DNA from: an uncultured virus (IMG/VR IMGVR_UViG_3300025033_000013)
Lineage: Duplodnaviria > Heunggongvirae > Uroviricota > Caudoviricetes
Length of the DNA: 64,000 bases
Virus record (IMG/VR): IMGVR_UViG_3300025033_000013
Reading direction: 5' to 3' (one strand)
Positions 25,067-34,954 of the stretch are shown one piece after another (the stretch's first letter is position 1; every line of letters starts with the position of its first letter). The position numbers and the translations under genes were made by a program. The notes beneath the pieces are model-generated. The model saw nothing but the letters and a program-made list of their open reading frames with translations, searched no databases and was not told the DNA's origin.

Positions 25067-26812
25067 CTACGTTCCCGTTTTCAATGATGGTTCGTGCATA
25101 TAAGCCGTAATAATATTTTTTTCTTCCCCACGCTCTTTGTCTGCTTGGGCAGCCATTTGGTTAAATATGTGAGTAATCATTCCAACTTCCCAACCATTAC
25201 CAGTCGCTTTTACTGTTTGGTTATCACTTATCTCATCACAATAATTGTCAGGCAAATTCATCAACCTACACCTTTCAATTTTATTGTAGTTCCTAAATGG
25301 TAATTTCCTATTAAAAGCGTCAGGGTGTCGCCCTATTTCCATTGTCGTTAAAACCGTGTCTTTTGCTACGGTAGTAAGGCAATTACTTTTATCTCGATTA
25401 GTTGCTCTTACTTCAAGGCATTGCGTAATTGGTATGGTTTTGTCATAATCTTGTCGTTTACCTAGTTCATCTAATCTACGCCCTAAAATAGTGGCTTTAT
25501 TCAATCTTCTGCCACGTATCGCACTTGGGCCAATCATTTCAGTATCTTCCAAAATATCTTCAAGTCCTATTCCTTTGTCGGTTGGTTCAGTAATATCGAA
25601 GTTTGCCCAATACAATCTCACACGGTTTTGAGCAGAAGTTAAAGAACTATTCAATTTTACTGGCTCAACACCCAAATGTTGGCTTATTACGTCTTGGTAT
25701 TCTTGCTTCATTACCACATTTTCAAGTAGCCAGTATTTAGGCTTCACTTCATTAAGCAACCGAACAAATTCAAAGAATAGTTTACTTCGTGGGTCTTCAA
25801 AGTTCAATTGCTTACCACTAAAACTAAATCCTTGGCAAGGAGAACCACCACATAAAAGGTCTATTCTTCCTTTAAATACGTTTAATCCTCCCTCATACTC
25901 AACCACCGTGACTTGTTCCTCCTTATGAAGTCGTAAGAAATCCCAGTAATTCTTTTCAATTTTGTCAACTTCATCCCATCTTTGTAATTCTTTGATAATT
26001 TCTTCAATAGAATTAATCTCTTCTTCTTTTCGGTCTCTTTCTTTTTTCTTGACCTCTCTTCGTAATCTATCTTCATCCGACTCTCCAAGTATTTCTTTCT
26101 CACTTCTGGAGTCCGCATCGCTTCTTTGGTTTTCTTTGAAATTAAATCCCTCTCCTTTTTGTCTTGAAATCTTTTCTTCAATGTTTGTGATATTCTCTTT
26201 TTCTGAATATCTGTCTTTGGCACTCCCTTTTGACTCTCTAATATTTTCTTGCAAATTTCGGGTGTGAAACTCATAGTCATACCCCCAGCTGCTACATTGT
26301 AGTTTAAAGGGTTTTCTACAATCATTTTCATCTCCATTCTTTCTGCTTCCTGTATTGTTCCTACCTTTAGTAATACTTCCCATACTATTGTTTGAAAACC
26401 GTATTTCCTCAATGCATTGTAAAGTGGTAAATTCTTGTACTTCTTGTCCTTCATTCGACTTTTGTGTTCCGACTTTCGTTGACATAGCGTATTTCTTGTC
26501 AAGCCAATATAATATTTCCCATTCGGAAATTTTGCTTTGTAAATTGTTATCATAATTGCAAATATACGAATAAACCTCCGATAAGTAAAGTAATTTTACT
26601 TTTACTTTGGTTACATCACCAATCTGTTTTGTATTTGGGTGGTTGCTTTGAGTTACCTTAATTGCGTGTTTGTCAATCTCGGAAGCAAAGTATTTATTTA
26701 CTTTAATTCCTGCACGTTCTAAAGCTACTTGTCCACAACTAATGCCATCAAATAAAGACAGTACGTTAATGCCCTCGCTCAAAAAAATATTATTACTACG
26801 TTCGTTTTTCAT
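25067..26812 (-). CDS. DNA (cytosine-5)-methyltransferase with ~243-codon in-frame insertion
   Basis: Motif I at the N-terminus; GGSPCQGFS, LLENV and GNGW follow the insert at ~25871-26599. Confidence 0.85.
   Translation of the reverse strand: MKNERSNNIFLSEGINVLSLFDGISCGQVALERAGIKVNKYFASEIDKHAIKVTQSNHPNTKQIGDVTKVKVKLLYLSEVYSYICNYDNNLQSKISEWEILYWLDKKYAMSTKVGTQKSNEGQEVQEFTTLQCIEEIRFSNNSMGSITKGRNNTGSRKNGDENDCRKPFKLQCSSWGYDYEFHTRNLQENIRESKGSAKDRYSEKENITNIEEKISRQKGEGFNFKENQRSDADSRSEKEILGESDEDRLRREVKKKERDRKEEEINSIEEIIKELQRWDEVDKIEKNYWDFLRLHKEEQVTVVEYEGGLNVFKGRIDLLCGGSPCQGFSFSGKQLNFEDPRSKLFFEFVRLLNEVKPKYWLLENVVMKQEYQDVISQHLGVEPVKLNSSLTSAQNRVRLYWANFDITEPTDKGIGLEDILEDTEMIGPSAIRGRRLNKATILGRRLDELGKRQDYDKTIPITQCLEVRATNRDKSNCLTTVAKDTVLTTMEIGRHPDAFNRKLPFRNYNKIERCRLMNLPDNYCDEISDNQTVKATGNGWEVGMITHIFNQMAAQADKERGEEKNIITAYMHEPSLKTGT
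25882..26553 (-). CDS. GIY-YIG homing endonuclease nested in an alternate frame of the MTase
   Basis: TIY...YYIGLT..R..EH...LYNALRKYG...E...YNV motifs, followed by NUMOD3-like basic repeats. Confidence 0.85.
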   Translation of the reverse strand: MITIYKAKFPNGKYYIGLTRNTLCQRKSEHKSRMKDKKYKNLPLYNALRKYGFQTIVWEVLLKVGTIQEAERMEMKMIVENPLNYNVAAGGMTMSFTPEICKKILESQKGVPKTDIQKKRISQTLKKRFQDKKERDLISKKTKEAMRTPEVRKKYLESRMKIDYEERSRKKKETEKKKRLILLKKLSKNYKDGMKLTKLKRITGISYDFIRRNKSRWLSMRED

Positions 26813-27071
26813 ATCAAAGTTTTTTGTTTAAAATCCGCACCAGACATTAAGTATTCTTTGATTATTGTTTTTATAAATTTTCTCAATTCCATTTGTCCTT
26901 TATTTTATATATAAATATTCCAAATTTAAAATTCTACTAATAAAGCGTACTGGGCTAACAAATTGTATAAGCAATAACTGTTAGATGTTTTTACTATTGC
27001 TGTTGTTAATATTATATTTTCTACATCTAATCAATTGTCCTGTGTTACTTTTCATTTTTGTATTTATCTTA

Positions 27072-27557
27072 TTATATTGCTTTTAATTTCTTTTTAAGGT
27101 CTCTAATGGCCGCTTTGATAATACGTTGTTTCTCATCTGTAAGCTTGTTAGTGCCTTTATATCTATCAGATGTAACTCTACTATTAAAAGTAGCAGCTAT
27201 AGCCTTTAAATCGGCTATTTCTAATGCCGTTTCTTGTTGTGAAGTTGCTTTACCACCTTGCTTTTTAACTTCGACCAAGACTTGTTTCTTACCGTAACGT
27301 CTAGGTGTGTCAGGTTTAATTTTAATTTCTTGATAAAGTTGTTTATGCCTATCAGAAACCAATATCACATCTTGGTGAATAGTTTCAAGAGATTCAACTT
27401 CTTTAGGTGTTAACGTACCATTTTCAGCGGATTCTAATAAGGTATTAAAACCATATGTACCAGTTTTGTCGATGTGCACTCTTTGAAGTAAAGGGTCTTT
27501 GTTGATTAATCTAATTGTTTTAATTGAATTGAATTCTAATGTTTTTGTAATTTCCAT
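27072..27557 (-). CDS. hypothetical protein
   Basis: 161 aa ORF preceded by TATCTTTG (caaagata at ~27583). Confidence 0.7.
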   Translation of the reverse strand: MEITKTLEFNSIKTIRLINKDPLLQRVHIDKTGTYGFNTLLESAENGTLTPKEVESLETIHQDVILVSDRHKQLYQEIKIKPDTPRRYGKKQVLVEVKKQGGKATSQQETALEIADLKAIAATFNSRVTSDRYKGTNKLTDEKQRIIKAAIRDLKKKLKAI

Positions 27558-27906
27558 GATGTAGTTTTTAATTATTATGATACAAAGATAAAAAGAATGT
27601 TTGATATATCCTAATAAAATCTTGGTTTTTTTTCTTCACAGATTTGTTTTATTAAAAATCGCTTATAATTTGGATTACTTTTTTCCATGTAATACCATAA
27701 TCTACTAGCATTATCATTATTACTCCATGAGGTGCCGACAAAGGCTTTAACTTTTTTCTTTAATTTTCTGGGAATACGAATATTGCCATAAAACGGGCTG
27801 ATTGTTTCAGGTGCTATAAAAACGAAAAAACCAAATAATTTTTAATTTATACGAAACGGAGCGTAAAACCCATTGGTCGTTTCACCAATGGGATGTAAGC
27901 GACACA

Positions 27907-28311
27907 CTAACCTTGTGATAAGATATATTGACGTATGGTTTCTGGACTTGCTTCACCTATTGAACAAACGAAATAACCTGCTGACCAGAACATATCTTTG
28001 TACCAGTATTCTCTACGAAGTAAGGTTGGGTATAATTGCCAAATGCGATATGTAGATTCTTGTTTTAACCTACGGACTATTTGTGATATTGAAAGACGTG
28101 GTATGTAACGGATAAGGAAATGTATATGGTCTATATCTGACTCGAAGACCTCTACACTAAAATCTGAATTATCTATGATATTGTTGAATATTAAGTACAT
28201 ATCTTCCTTTAGTTGATTAACTAATAATGGTTTACGATACTTTGTAACCAATATGATATGTGCTTTTAGATAATGTTTTGAATGATTTGTAGAAATGTAA
28301 TTTGATTGCAT
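27907..28311 (-). CDS. tnpA: IS200/IS605 Y1 transposase
   Basis: HIILVTKYR, DHIH (HUH), FWSAGYF and YI..Q motifs. Confidence 0.95.
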   Translation of the reverse strand: MQSNYISTNHSKHYLKAHIILVTKYRKPLLVNQLKEDMYLIFNNIIDNSDFSVEVFESDIDHIHFLIRYIPRLSISQIVRRLKQESTYRIWQLYPTLLRREYWYKDMFWSAGYFVCSIGEASPETIRQYILSQG

Positions 28312-28458
28312 AATGTAGTATTTTGTTTAAATTATTTACAACCAAAGACGAAATGATTTAAACAAAATATGGCATCAAATGAAATAAATTTACAAAAAAC
28401 TTAACAAATCGTATAAAATATTGTACTTTTACAAAAGTTTAGACTATTTAATAATAGA

Positions 28459-29655
28459 GTGAAGAATATACACAGAACATATAAATTTGAATTATTACCT
28501 AATAAGGAGCAGAAAACCTTATTGGATAAGCACTTTGGTTGTGTTAGGTATATTTACAATCACTTTTTAAATGAACGTAAGGAACAGTATCAAGCAGATA
28601 AAAAAACCGATAACTATTACGGACAAGCCAAAACATTAACTGAATTAAAAAAACAAGAAGACACCATTTGGTTGAAAGAAGTGAATAGCCAAACACTTCA
28701 ATTTGCTTTACGCTCTTTAGACACCGCTTATGTGAACTTCTTTAGAGGTAACGCTAAGTTCCCAAGATTTAAATCAAAAAAGAATAAAAATACATTTACA
28801 GTACCACAACATACTAAAGTTATGGATGGCAGAATATACGCACCTAAATTTAAAGGTGGTATTAAGGTGAATATTCATAGAGAAATTAAAGGTGAGGTGG
28901 GTAAATTCACAATATCTAAAACTCCAACTGGGAAGTATTTTGTTTCAATTTTCACTGAACAAGAATATCATCCAAGTAAAAAAACTTATAAATCGGTTGG
29001 AATAGATTTAGGTTTAAAAGACTTTGCTATCACTTCTGATGGAATAAAGTATAAAAATAATAGATACACAAAAAGATATGAAAGAAAATTAAAGAAAGCA
29101 CAACAACATCTTTCTCGTAAACAGAATGGTAGTAATGGGTTTGAAAAACAAAAACTCAAAGTTGCCTTAATTCACGAGAAAATCACAAACACAAGGCAAG
29201 ATGTATTACATAAAGTAAGTAATGAAATTGTAAATAATTATGATGTAATATGCCTTGAAGATTTAAATATTAAAGGAATGGTTAAAAACAGAAAATTATC
29301 CAAACATATCTCTGATGCAAGTTGGGGTACGTTTGTTAGATTTGTTGAGTACAAAGCAAATTGGAATGATAAAACTGTTGTTAAAATCAATCGTTGGTAT
29401 CCCTCAAGTAAGACTTGTAGTGTTTGTGGATATATAAATCAAGACTTAAATCTTTCAGATAGAGAGTGGACTTGCAATAATGGTCATAAATTAGACCGTG
29501 ATTTAAATGCAAGCACCAATATCTTAAATGAAGGGTTAAAAATATATCGTGAGGAACTTGCGATTACAAAGGTGGAGAGTAAATCAGACTTTGGCAACAA
29601 AGCACACTCTATGAAACCAGAAGCCCATCCCATCAGCTATGCTGTGGGTGGGTAG
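28459..29655 (+). CDS. tnpB: RNA-guided endonuclease TnpB
   Basis: HTH N-terminus; RuvC motifs GIDLG, LEDL and DRDLNAS; zinc finger. Confidence 0.95.
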   Translation: MKNIHRTYKFELLPNKEQKTLLDKHFGCVRYIYNHFLNERKEQYQADKKTDNYYGQAKTLTELKKQEDTIWLKEVNSQTLQFALRSLDTAYVNFFRGNAKFPRFKSKKNKNTFTVPQHTKVMDGRIYAPKFKGGIKVNIHREIKGEVGKFTISKTPTGKYFVSIFTEQEYHPSKKTYKSVGIDLGLKDFAITSDGIKYKNNRYTKRYERKLKKAQQHLSRKQNGSNGFEKQKLKVALIHEKITNTRQDVLHKVSNEIVNNYDVICLEDLNIKGMVKNRKLSKHISDASWGTFVRFVEYKANWNDKTVVKINRWYPSSKTCSVCGYINQDLNLSDREWTCNNGHKLDRDLNASTNILNEGLKIYREELAITKVESKSDFGNKAHSMKPEAHPISYAVGG

Positions 29656-30586
29656 TTCACTTGGCTCTATTTATAATTTCTTGTATTACTTCGTCATGTC
29701 GTTTAACTATCTCAGCGGTCCGTTTTTTAGTTTTCCTCATATTTAAATCTAGGGCAGTGATAAATGATTCCAATAACGTATGATTAATTTTAGCTGTTCT
29801 TCGTTGATATAGAATATCTTTTAGTTTCATGACCATAAAATGTGAATCACACATATGGTCAATTTCAGTACCTTCAATATTATGATATTGATTTGATAAG
29901 TCTTTATCTAATTCAGATAATTCTTTTTTAGCTTGTTCTCTTAATGATAGTAATTGGTCAAAAGTCTCATGAATGTTATCGATTAGACTTTTAATGTCAT
30001 TAGTGTCTACTTTTTTACTCAAATTATCTTCCTTGCCTACCTAATGAATGATTTATTGTTGAAGAAAAATTCATAAGAACTTTTTGAATTTGTCCTAATT
30101 CATCTTCATCAAACATGTAAGTACCACCTTCATCATTTTGCATTTTCTTAACTTTCTTTCTGAATTTAGACCTGTTGGTAGCTTCACTATTATTAGACCA
30201 TTCTTCACCTTTCATTCTACGAACAATTGCTGCATGATTGATAAGGTCATTATCTAATAACTTGACAACTTTTTCATAATCGTTATCTTTAGCCGCTTCA
30301 TCGTTAGATTTAGGCTTAACAGCATGCTGAATATGTGGGTTGGGAGCTTCAGATAGCCCAACACTTATTTCTCGCAATATTTTTTTAATCTTATTTTTTT
30401 CCATTATATTATAACTTTACACATCAAACTTATTACAGTTATACTATAAATATACTGAAAAGTAATAAAAAGACGTAAAATATTATATTAATTCTAGGTT
30501 TTCAGGTTCATTCCAGAAAGGTGGATATCCAAACTCTTTATATAATTTACCCTGACCATTATACCAATTGACCCCTATGTTATGTA

Positions 30587-30886
30587 GTGAACTACCCACA
30601 CACTAAAAAGATGTGTGGGCTTCTTGCACAACGCATAGCCTAATGGCTCACGTTAGCGTACAAAGGGTTGTCCCTAACCCCGAAATTACTTATCACATTT
30701 GGCGTTCATCTCACAGGTCATTCTTATTTAAACATTTTTGGAAAGAACATACTTTTTGGTCAGATGGTTATTTCGTTTGCTCAATCGGTGAGGCTTCTCC
30801 TGATACCATTCGTGAGTATATCCTTTCACAAGGTTAGTCGCTTACATCCCACAGGCTAAAGACCTGTGGGTTTTACGCTCCCTTTT
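30587..30886 (-). mobile_element. IS200/IS605 internal-deletion derivative with tnpA 3' remnant
   Basis: Both ends present; FWSDGYFVCSIGEASPDTIREYILSQG fragment. Confidence 0.85.
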
Positions 30887-30910
30887 ATAAAAATTAATTA
30901 AAATACAAAA

Positions 30911-31765
30911 TTATTTTACTAAATTTAATTTTAATTTCTCCAAAGACTCATCTCTGATTTGTCTAACTCTCTCAGCTGTAATACCTAATAAGAAGCCTAT
31001 TGTCTTAAGCGGTATAGGTTCTTGCCCATCCAAACCGTAGATTAATTTAACAACTTCACGCTCAATATCTTTATCTAAAAGATTTAAAATGGCGTTTTGA
31101 CGTTTTTTAGTATCTTCTTCATCTAGATAGTGTGATGCATCAATGTTATTGGTTTCTTGAATAAGATTATACAAGGCTGTTGTTGAACCTTCATGACCCA
31201 TTTCAGCATCTAAAGAGATTGTATGAGTATCAATTGAATCAAAATAAAATGCCACATCTTCTTCACAAAAAACACCATCTAATGCATGTACAACTTCATC
31301 ATAACATGGTGACCTTTGTAATTTTTGTTCAAGAATATTAAATTCTTCTTTTATCTTGGTAATAACGTTAATTTTGTTATTTGGTAATCTAATTGTTTTA
31401 CCATTTTCAGCAATAAAAGATAAAATATAACGTCTAATCCAGTATACTGCATATGATAAGAATTTAAAACCTCTTGATGGGTCAAATTTAGATGAAGCGA
31501 TAACCAATCCTATATTACCCTCATTGATTAAATCTTCAAGTCTAAGCTGAGATTTTTCGTATTGTTTTGCAACACTTATAACAAATCTTAGGTTATGTTT
31601 TACTAATAATTCTTTAGCTTTTTCATTACCATTAAAGGCTAAGTAAGCTATCTCGTATTCTTCGTCATGTTTTAAAACTTTTATTTTTGCAAGTTCTTGG
31701 AAGTATGACTTCAAGGCATGAGAGTCACGATTTGTGATAGATTGTTTAATTTCGACTGATTTCAT
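30911..31765 (-). CDS. RNA polymerase sigma-70 family factor
   Basis: NLRFVISVAKQY, DLINEGNIGL, FDPSRGFKFLSYAVYWIR and region-4 TAERVRQI motifs. Confidence 0.95.
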   Translation of the reverse strand: MKSVEIKQSITNRDSHALKSYFQELAKIKVLKHDEEYEIAYLAFNGNEKAKELLVKHNLRFVISVAKQYEKSQLRLEDLINEGNIGLVIASSKFDPSRGFKFLSYAVYWIRRYILSFIAENGKTIRLPNNKINVITKIKEEFNILEQKLQRSPCYDEVVHALDGVFCEEDVAFYFDSIDTHTISLDAEMGHEGSTTALYNLIQETNNIDASHYLDEEDTKKRQNAILNLLDKDIEREVVKLIYGLDGQEPIPLKTIGFLLGITAERVRQIRDESLEKLKLNLVK

Positions 31766-31849
31766 TATTTAATTAGGTTAAAATTTATAATTATTTAGTG
31801 TTTTACATGTTGGTGTCGTAATGATTTTCTTGTCTTTTTACGTGGTGTA

Positions 31850-32380
31850 TTACTCCCCACGTTCAACTAAATGATGGTTAAATGTAATTTTTTGTGTTTT
31901 TCCCCATTCTAAAAATGCATCGGTATGTATTTTACGGTCATCAAAAAAAGTAATTTCTTTTAAATTTGGAAATTGTTTTTGTAATGAATTTAGATAGTTT
32001 ATTTTAAATGATAATGTGTTATTAGCTCCGTTGTTAAATCTCTTATCACCAGTTAAAACAACGTCATCAAACTTAAAACCATGTTTCTTTAAAATAGCTT
32101 TAACTTGATTTGTTAATGGTGTGATTCTACCAGTGCATAATGCTACAAAAGTATCAGGTTGTGATTTGGCTTTATTAAATTCACTTTCCATATCATCAAA
32201 GGCGTTATTAGGGAAAATGTTTAAATCAAGTGACTCTCTTTTACTCCACCAACCTTTGTGTGGGAAGTCTTCACCAGTTTTCTCTTTCCATAATTTTTTA
32301 CCCTCATCAGGCATCGTAGTGTCTATTAACGTACCGTCAAAATCGAAGACAGAGACTTTTGTAATCTTGGTTACATCCAT
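31850..32380 (-). CDS. HAD-family phosphatase (Swiss Army Knife RNA repair-like)
   Basis: FDFDGTL, TGR and FDDR motifs. Confidence 0.8.
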   Translation of the reverse strand: MDVTKITKVSVFDFDGTLIDTTMPDEGKKLWKEKTGEDFPHKGWWSKRESLDLNIFPNNAFDDMESEFNKAKSQPDTFVALCTGRITPLTNQVKAILKKHGFKFDDVVLTGDKRFNNGANNTLSFKINYLNSLQKQFPNLKEITFFDDRKIHTDAFLEWGKTQKITFNHHLVERGE

Positions 32381-32874
32381 ACAATATAATAAATTTTTTT
32401 GTTAATTAAAGCAAATGTACGCTTTTTAGGTATATAAACCCCGTTTTTTGTGATTTATTTTTATACACACTCACAAGCTTTAGGAATTATATTAGGAATT
32501 TCTACATATTCTAACATACCTCTTTGGGTAAAATTTTGGATAAAATCATCCCAATCTTGACAGCACATAGTTGATATATCAGAAGGTAATTTTATTCCAT
32601 TATCATTTATAATGTCATAATAATAATCACCATCATTGATACTTTCTAATAATTTTATCACTGATTTTCTATCACTTGGATATGCGGCCATGAAGTGTCC
32701 ATCGCCATCAATACTAACTAATATTTGCATATTTTTAAAACGTTTTTTGTAAAATTCCCTATACTATAAATATCAAAAAAAGTGATAAAAGTCACCTAAT
32801 TTTGATTGTTTTTCTCTATGATTATAGCTTAATATATAGACCTAATTTATCTCTAAAAGCTACACTAAATAAAC

Positions 32875-34221
32875 TCATACTAATTCTTTTTTATAATAAA
32901 CAGCTTTCAAAACTTCATTGAATAACTCTTCAACCGTTCCGTTGTTTTCTATTACTACATCACACCATGAATGGTCACCCATATTTACCTCGGACTCATG
33001 AGTTAAAGTATCAAATAACTTTTCGTCATCATTCTGTAGCATTGATGGTATGGCATATGGGTCATCAGGCATTTCACGAAATGCATACTCTGGAAATCTT
33101 AACCCAAATTTTCGTCTAACGCCAATCAATAAACCGCCTCTATCACTAACAGCTTTACCTTCATTTTCAGGAAATCTAACGTCAGTTATAATCCAGTTAG
33201 AGGTAGGTTCAGGTAATATTGGTTGAATTTCTTCTATTTCTTTACCTACATGCTTCCATTTCCTTCCTTTTTTTATATCTGTAATAGTTGTAGGTGATAC
33301 ATTAACTCTTCTTGCTATTTCAGTATTGGTATATTTTCCAGAAAATAACCAGTCTTTAATTTGTAAAACAATAGTATCTGTAAGTTTAGCATCTTTTTGC
33401 TTTTCTCCTATATTAGCTTTACCTACTTTATAATTATATCTTACATTATCTGCTTGTTTAACCCACTCAAGATTTTTATAAAAGTTATTTTCTTTATTGT
33501 AATCAATATGATTAATCACATAATCTTTACCTTCAGGTTGTTTCAAAAAATGTCTAGCCACTAAACTATGTACAGTGTAAGTAATTCCACTTAACGATAC
33601 TGTTGCATATCCACCACTTAAAGTAGGTTTTAATAATTGTCCTTTTCTAGTGTGGTATTCTCCTTTATGATTACCATAAGTTATTTTTCTATCCAAACTT
33701 TTTACATTACCAAAAGAAGAGATTTGGTATAATCCTTCATAACTTTTAATATTTTTCCAAGTTTCAATATCTCCTGTGTAGTCAGAAAAAAGCGAGTTGC
33801 ACCAAATATTTGGATGAATAATATTTCTACCACATTCAGTACCTAATAATTGAAGTAAAAGTCTAGGAGTTAATTTAATAAGAGGTAATTTCTTATTACT
33901 TTTATAAGGAGTATTATAAAGATAAATTCCAGTATTTCCTTTATAATACCACCAATCTTCACTTAATTCAGTATTCTTATAATCTCTATCTTCAAGTTGT
34001 TCCCTAGTACAACCTAAAATAAGGCATAGGCAATCTTTAAGTTTATCAGCGAATTTCTTTATTTGATATTTGGTATATAATGTAAATGTAAATGTAACTT
34101 GAAACTCTTGAAAGCCTTCAAATGTTGGTTCAGCAATTTCATCACCAATATATTGAATCATCTGCCCTACAAGGTCTTTACCAGCTTTAATGCCCCCACT
34201 AACACCAATTAAATTATTCAT
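32875..34221 (-). CDS. deoxynucleoside monophosphate kinase with in-frame NUMOD4-HNH insertion
   Basis: Kinase motifs GVSGGIKAGKD, FADKLK, PRLLLQLLGTECGR, ITDVRF, HESE and ENNGT. The insert is WKNIKSYEGLYQISSFG...NHIDYNKENN..NLEW. Likely start at MNNLIG; the ORF track extends the frame to 34482. Confidence 0.85.
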   Translation of the reverse strand: MNNLIGVSGGIKAGKDLVGQMIQYIGDEIAEPTFEGFQEFQVTFTFTLYTKYQIKKFADKLKDCLCLILGCTREQLEDRDYKNTELSEDWWYYKGNTGIYLYNTPYKSNKKLPLIKLTPRLLLQLLGTECGRNIIHPNIWCNSLFSDYTGDIETWKNIKSYEGLYQISSFGNVKSLDRKITYGNHKGEYHTRKGQLLKPTLSGGYATVSLSGITYTVHSLVARHFLKQPEGKDYVINHIDYNKENNFYKNLEWVKQADNVRYNYKVGKANIGEKQKDAKLTDTIVLQIKDWLFSGKYTNTEIARRVNVSPTTITDIKKGRKWKHVGKEIEEIQPILPEPTSNWIITDVRFPENEGKAVSDRGGLLIGVRRKFGLRFPEYAFREMPDDPYAIPSMLQNDDEKLFDTLTHESEVNMGDHSWCDVVIENNGTVEELFNEVLKAVYYKKELV

Positions 34222-34699
34222 TTTTTTCTTTTTAAATTTCGATGTCATTTCTTCATTTTTAAACGCTTCCATCTTTTTAAGAAACCTTATATTAGCTTCA
34301 AGATTACCTTCCATCAATTCACATATCCTAACGTGATATGGTTTAATGAATTCAGGTATTATCTCTTTCTTAAGCTGTCTAAGTCTTGCTTCAGATTCAG
34401 GAATAGATTTTCTAAGTTGCTTAATAATTGGGTCTGTAAAACTACTCACCTTTTTTATATTCTTGTGGGAATCTATCATCACCCCATAAATAAGGTTTGT
34501 TTAAACATTCCTTCATTTTTAATACGCTACTTCAACTCTTTTTTTGTATTTCCAGAAATATCAACTGAGTTTTCTGTATAACTATGGGGGTTACTTTTGT
34601 CATCACTATAAACTTCATGAATAGCCAACCAAGTTTCCACTTCACCATCAGCATGTTTATGTTCTGTGACCAACACTCTAAAATTCCACGTAATCTTCA

Positions 34700-34954
34700 T
34701 TATTTTAATTTAATTAAATCTAAAATGGCTAATTCCATAAGGGTTTTAGCAAGTTCTTTATTCTTATATTGTGATTTACTAGAGTTTATAGTTATCTTAA
34801 TTCCTAAGTCTTTATGTTCAACAACTGTAGGGTAATACTGCATGCCAGCTACTTGACCACCTACACGCTCTTTTGGTACGTCTAAGTATATCTCACATTG
34901 CGACATTAATAATTCTAATTCATCCATTATAATCTTATCTGTGAATACTTCCAC
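34700..34954 (-). CDS. small GGQ (class I release factor/ArfB-like) peptidyl-tRNA hydrolase domain protein
   Basis: GGQ motif followed by H...GI.I....KSQYKNKELA. Confidence 0.7.
   Translation of the reverse strand: MEVFTDKIIMDELELLMSQCEIYLDVPKERVGGQVAGMQYYPTVVEHKDLGIKITINSSKSQYKNKELAKTLMELAILDLIKLK

Larger units (their letters stand above)
125..26975 (+). mobile_element. Integron-like gene cassette array (about 54 attC-like sites, cargo genes on minus strand, no integrase in window)
   Basis: Recurrent imperfect palindromes of the form (Y)AAC-arm-loop-arm-CGTT. The G of GTT lies at ~125, 906, 1273, 1622, 2458, 2927, 3204, 3472, 3868, 4217, 4592, 4976, 5303, 5636, 6204, 7312, 7656, 8028, 8674, 9022, 9502, 9800, 10198, 10496, 11742, 12056, 12442, 12728, 13513, 14075, 14380, 14686, 14928, 15248, 15589, 16043, 16356, 16663, 17262, 17599, 17920, 18143, 18526, 18894, 19256, 19546, 19919, 20698, 21513, 22035, 23185, 23530, 24005 and 25053. 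Confidence 0.85.
27851..29660 (+). mobile_element. IS200/IS605-family element (tnpA + tnpB)
   Basis: Inserted after TTTAT; left-end hairpin CCCATTGGT..ACCAATGGG; right end ...GTGGGTAGTTCAC. Confidence 0.9.

Noticed and set aside
25871..26599. Intein or group I intron in the methyltransferase
   Set aside because: No intein terminal residues or recognisable P7/catalytic core; almost the entire insert is the GIY-YIG ORF.
125..26975. CRISPR array or simple terminator/REP repeats
   Set aside because: The repeats are variable-sequence palindromes separated by gene-sized units, not constant direct repeats with short spacers. They lack U-tracts, and their ends match unit-wise as cassettes do.
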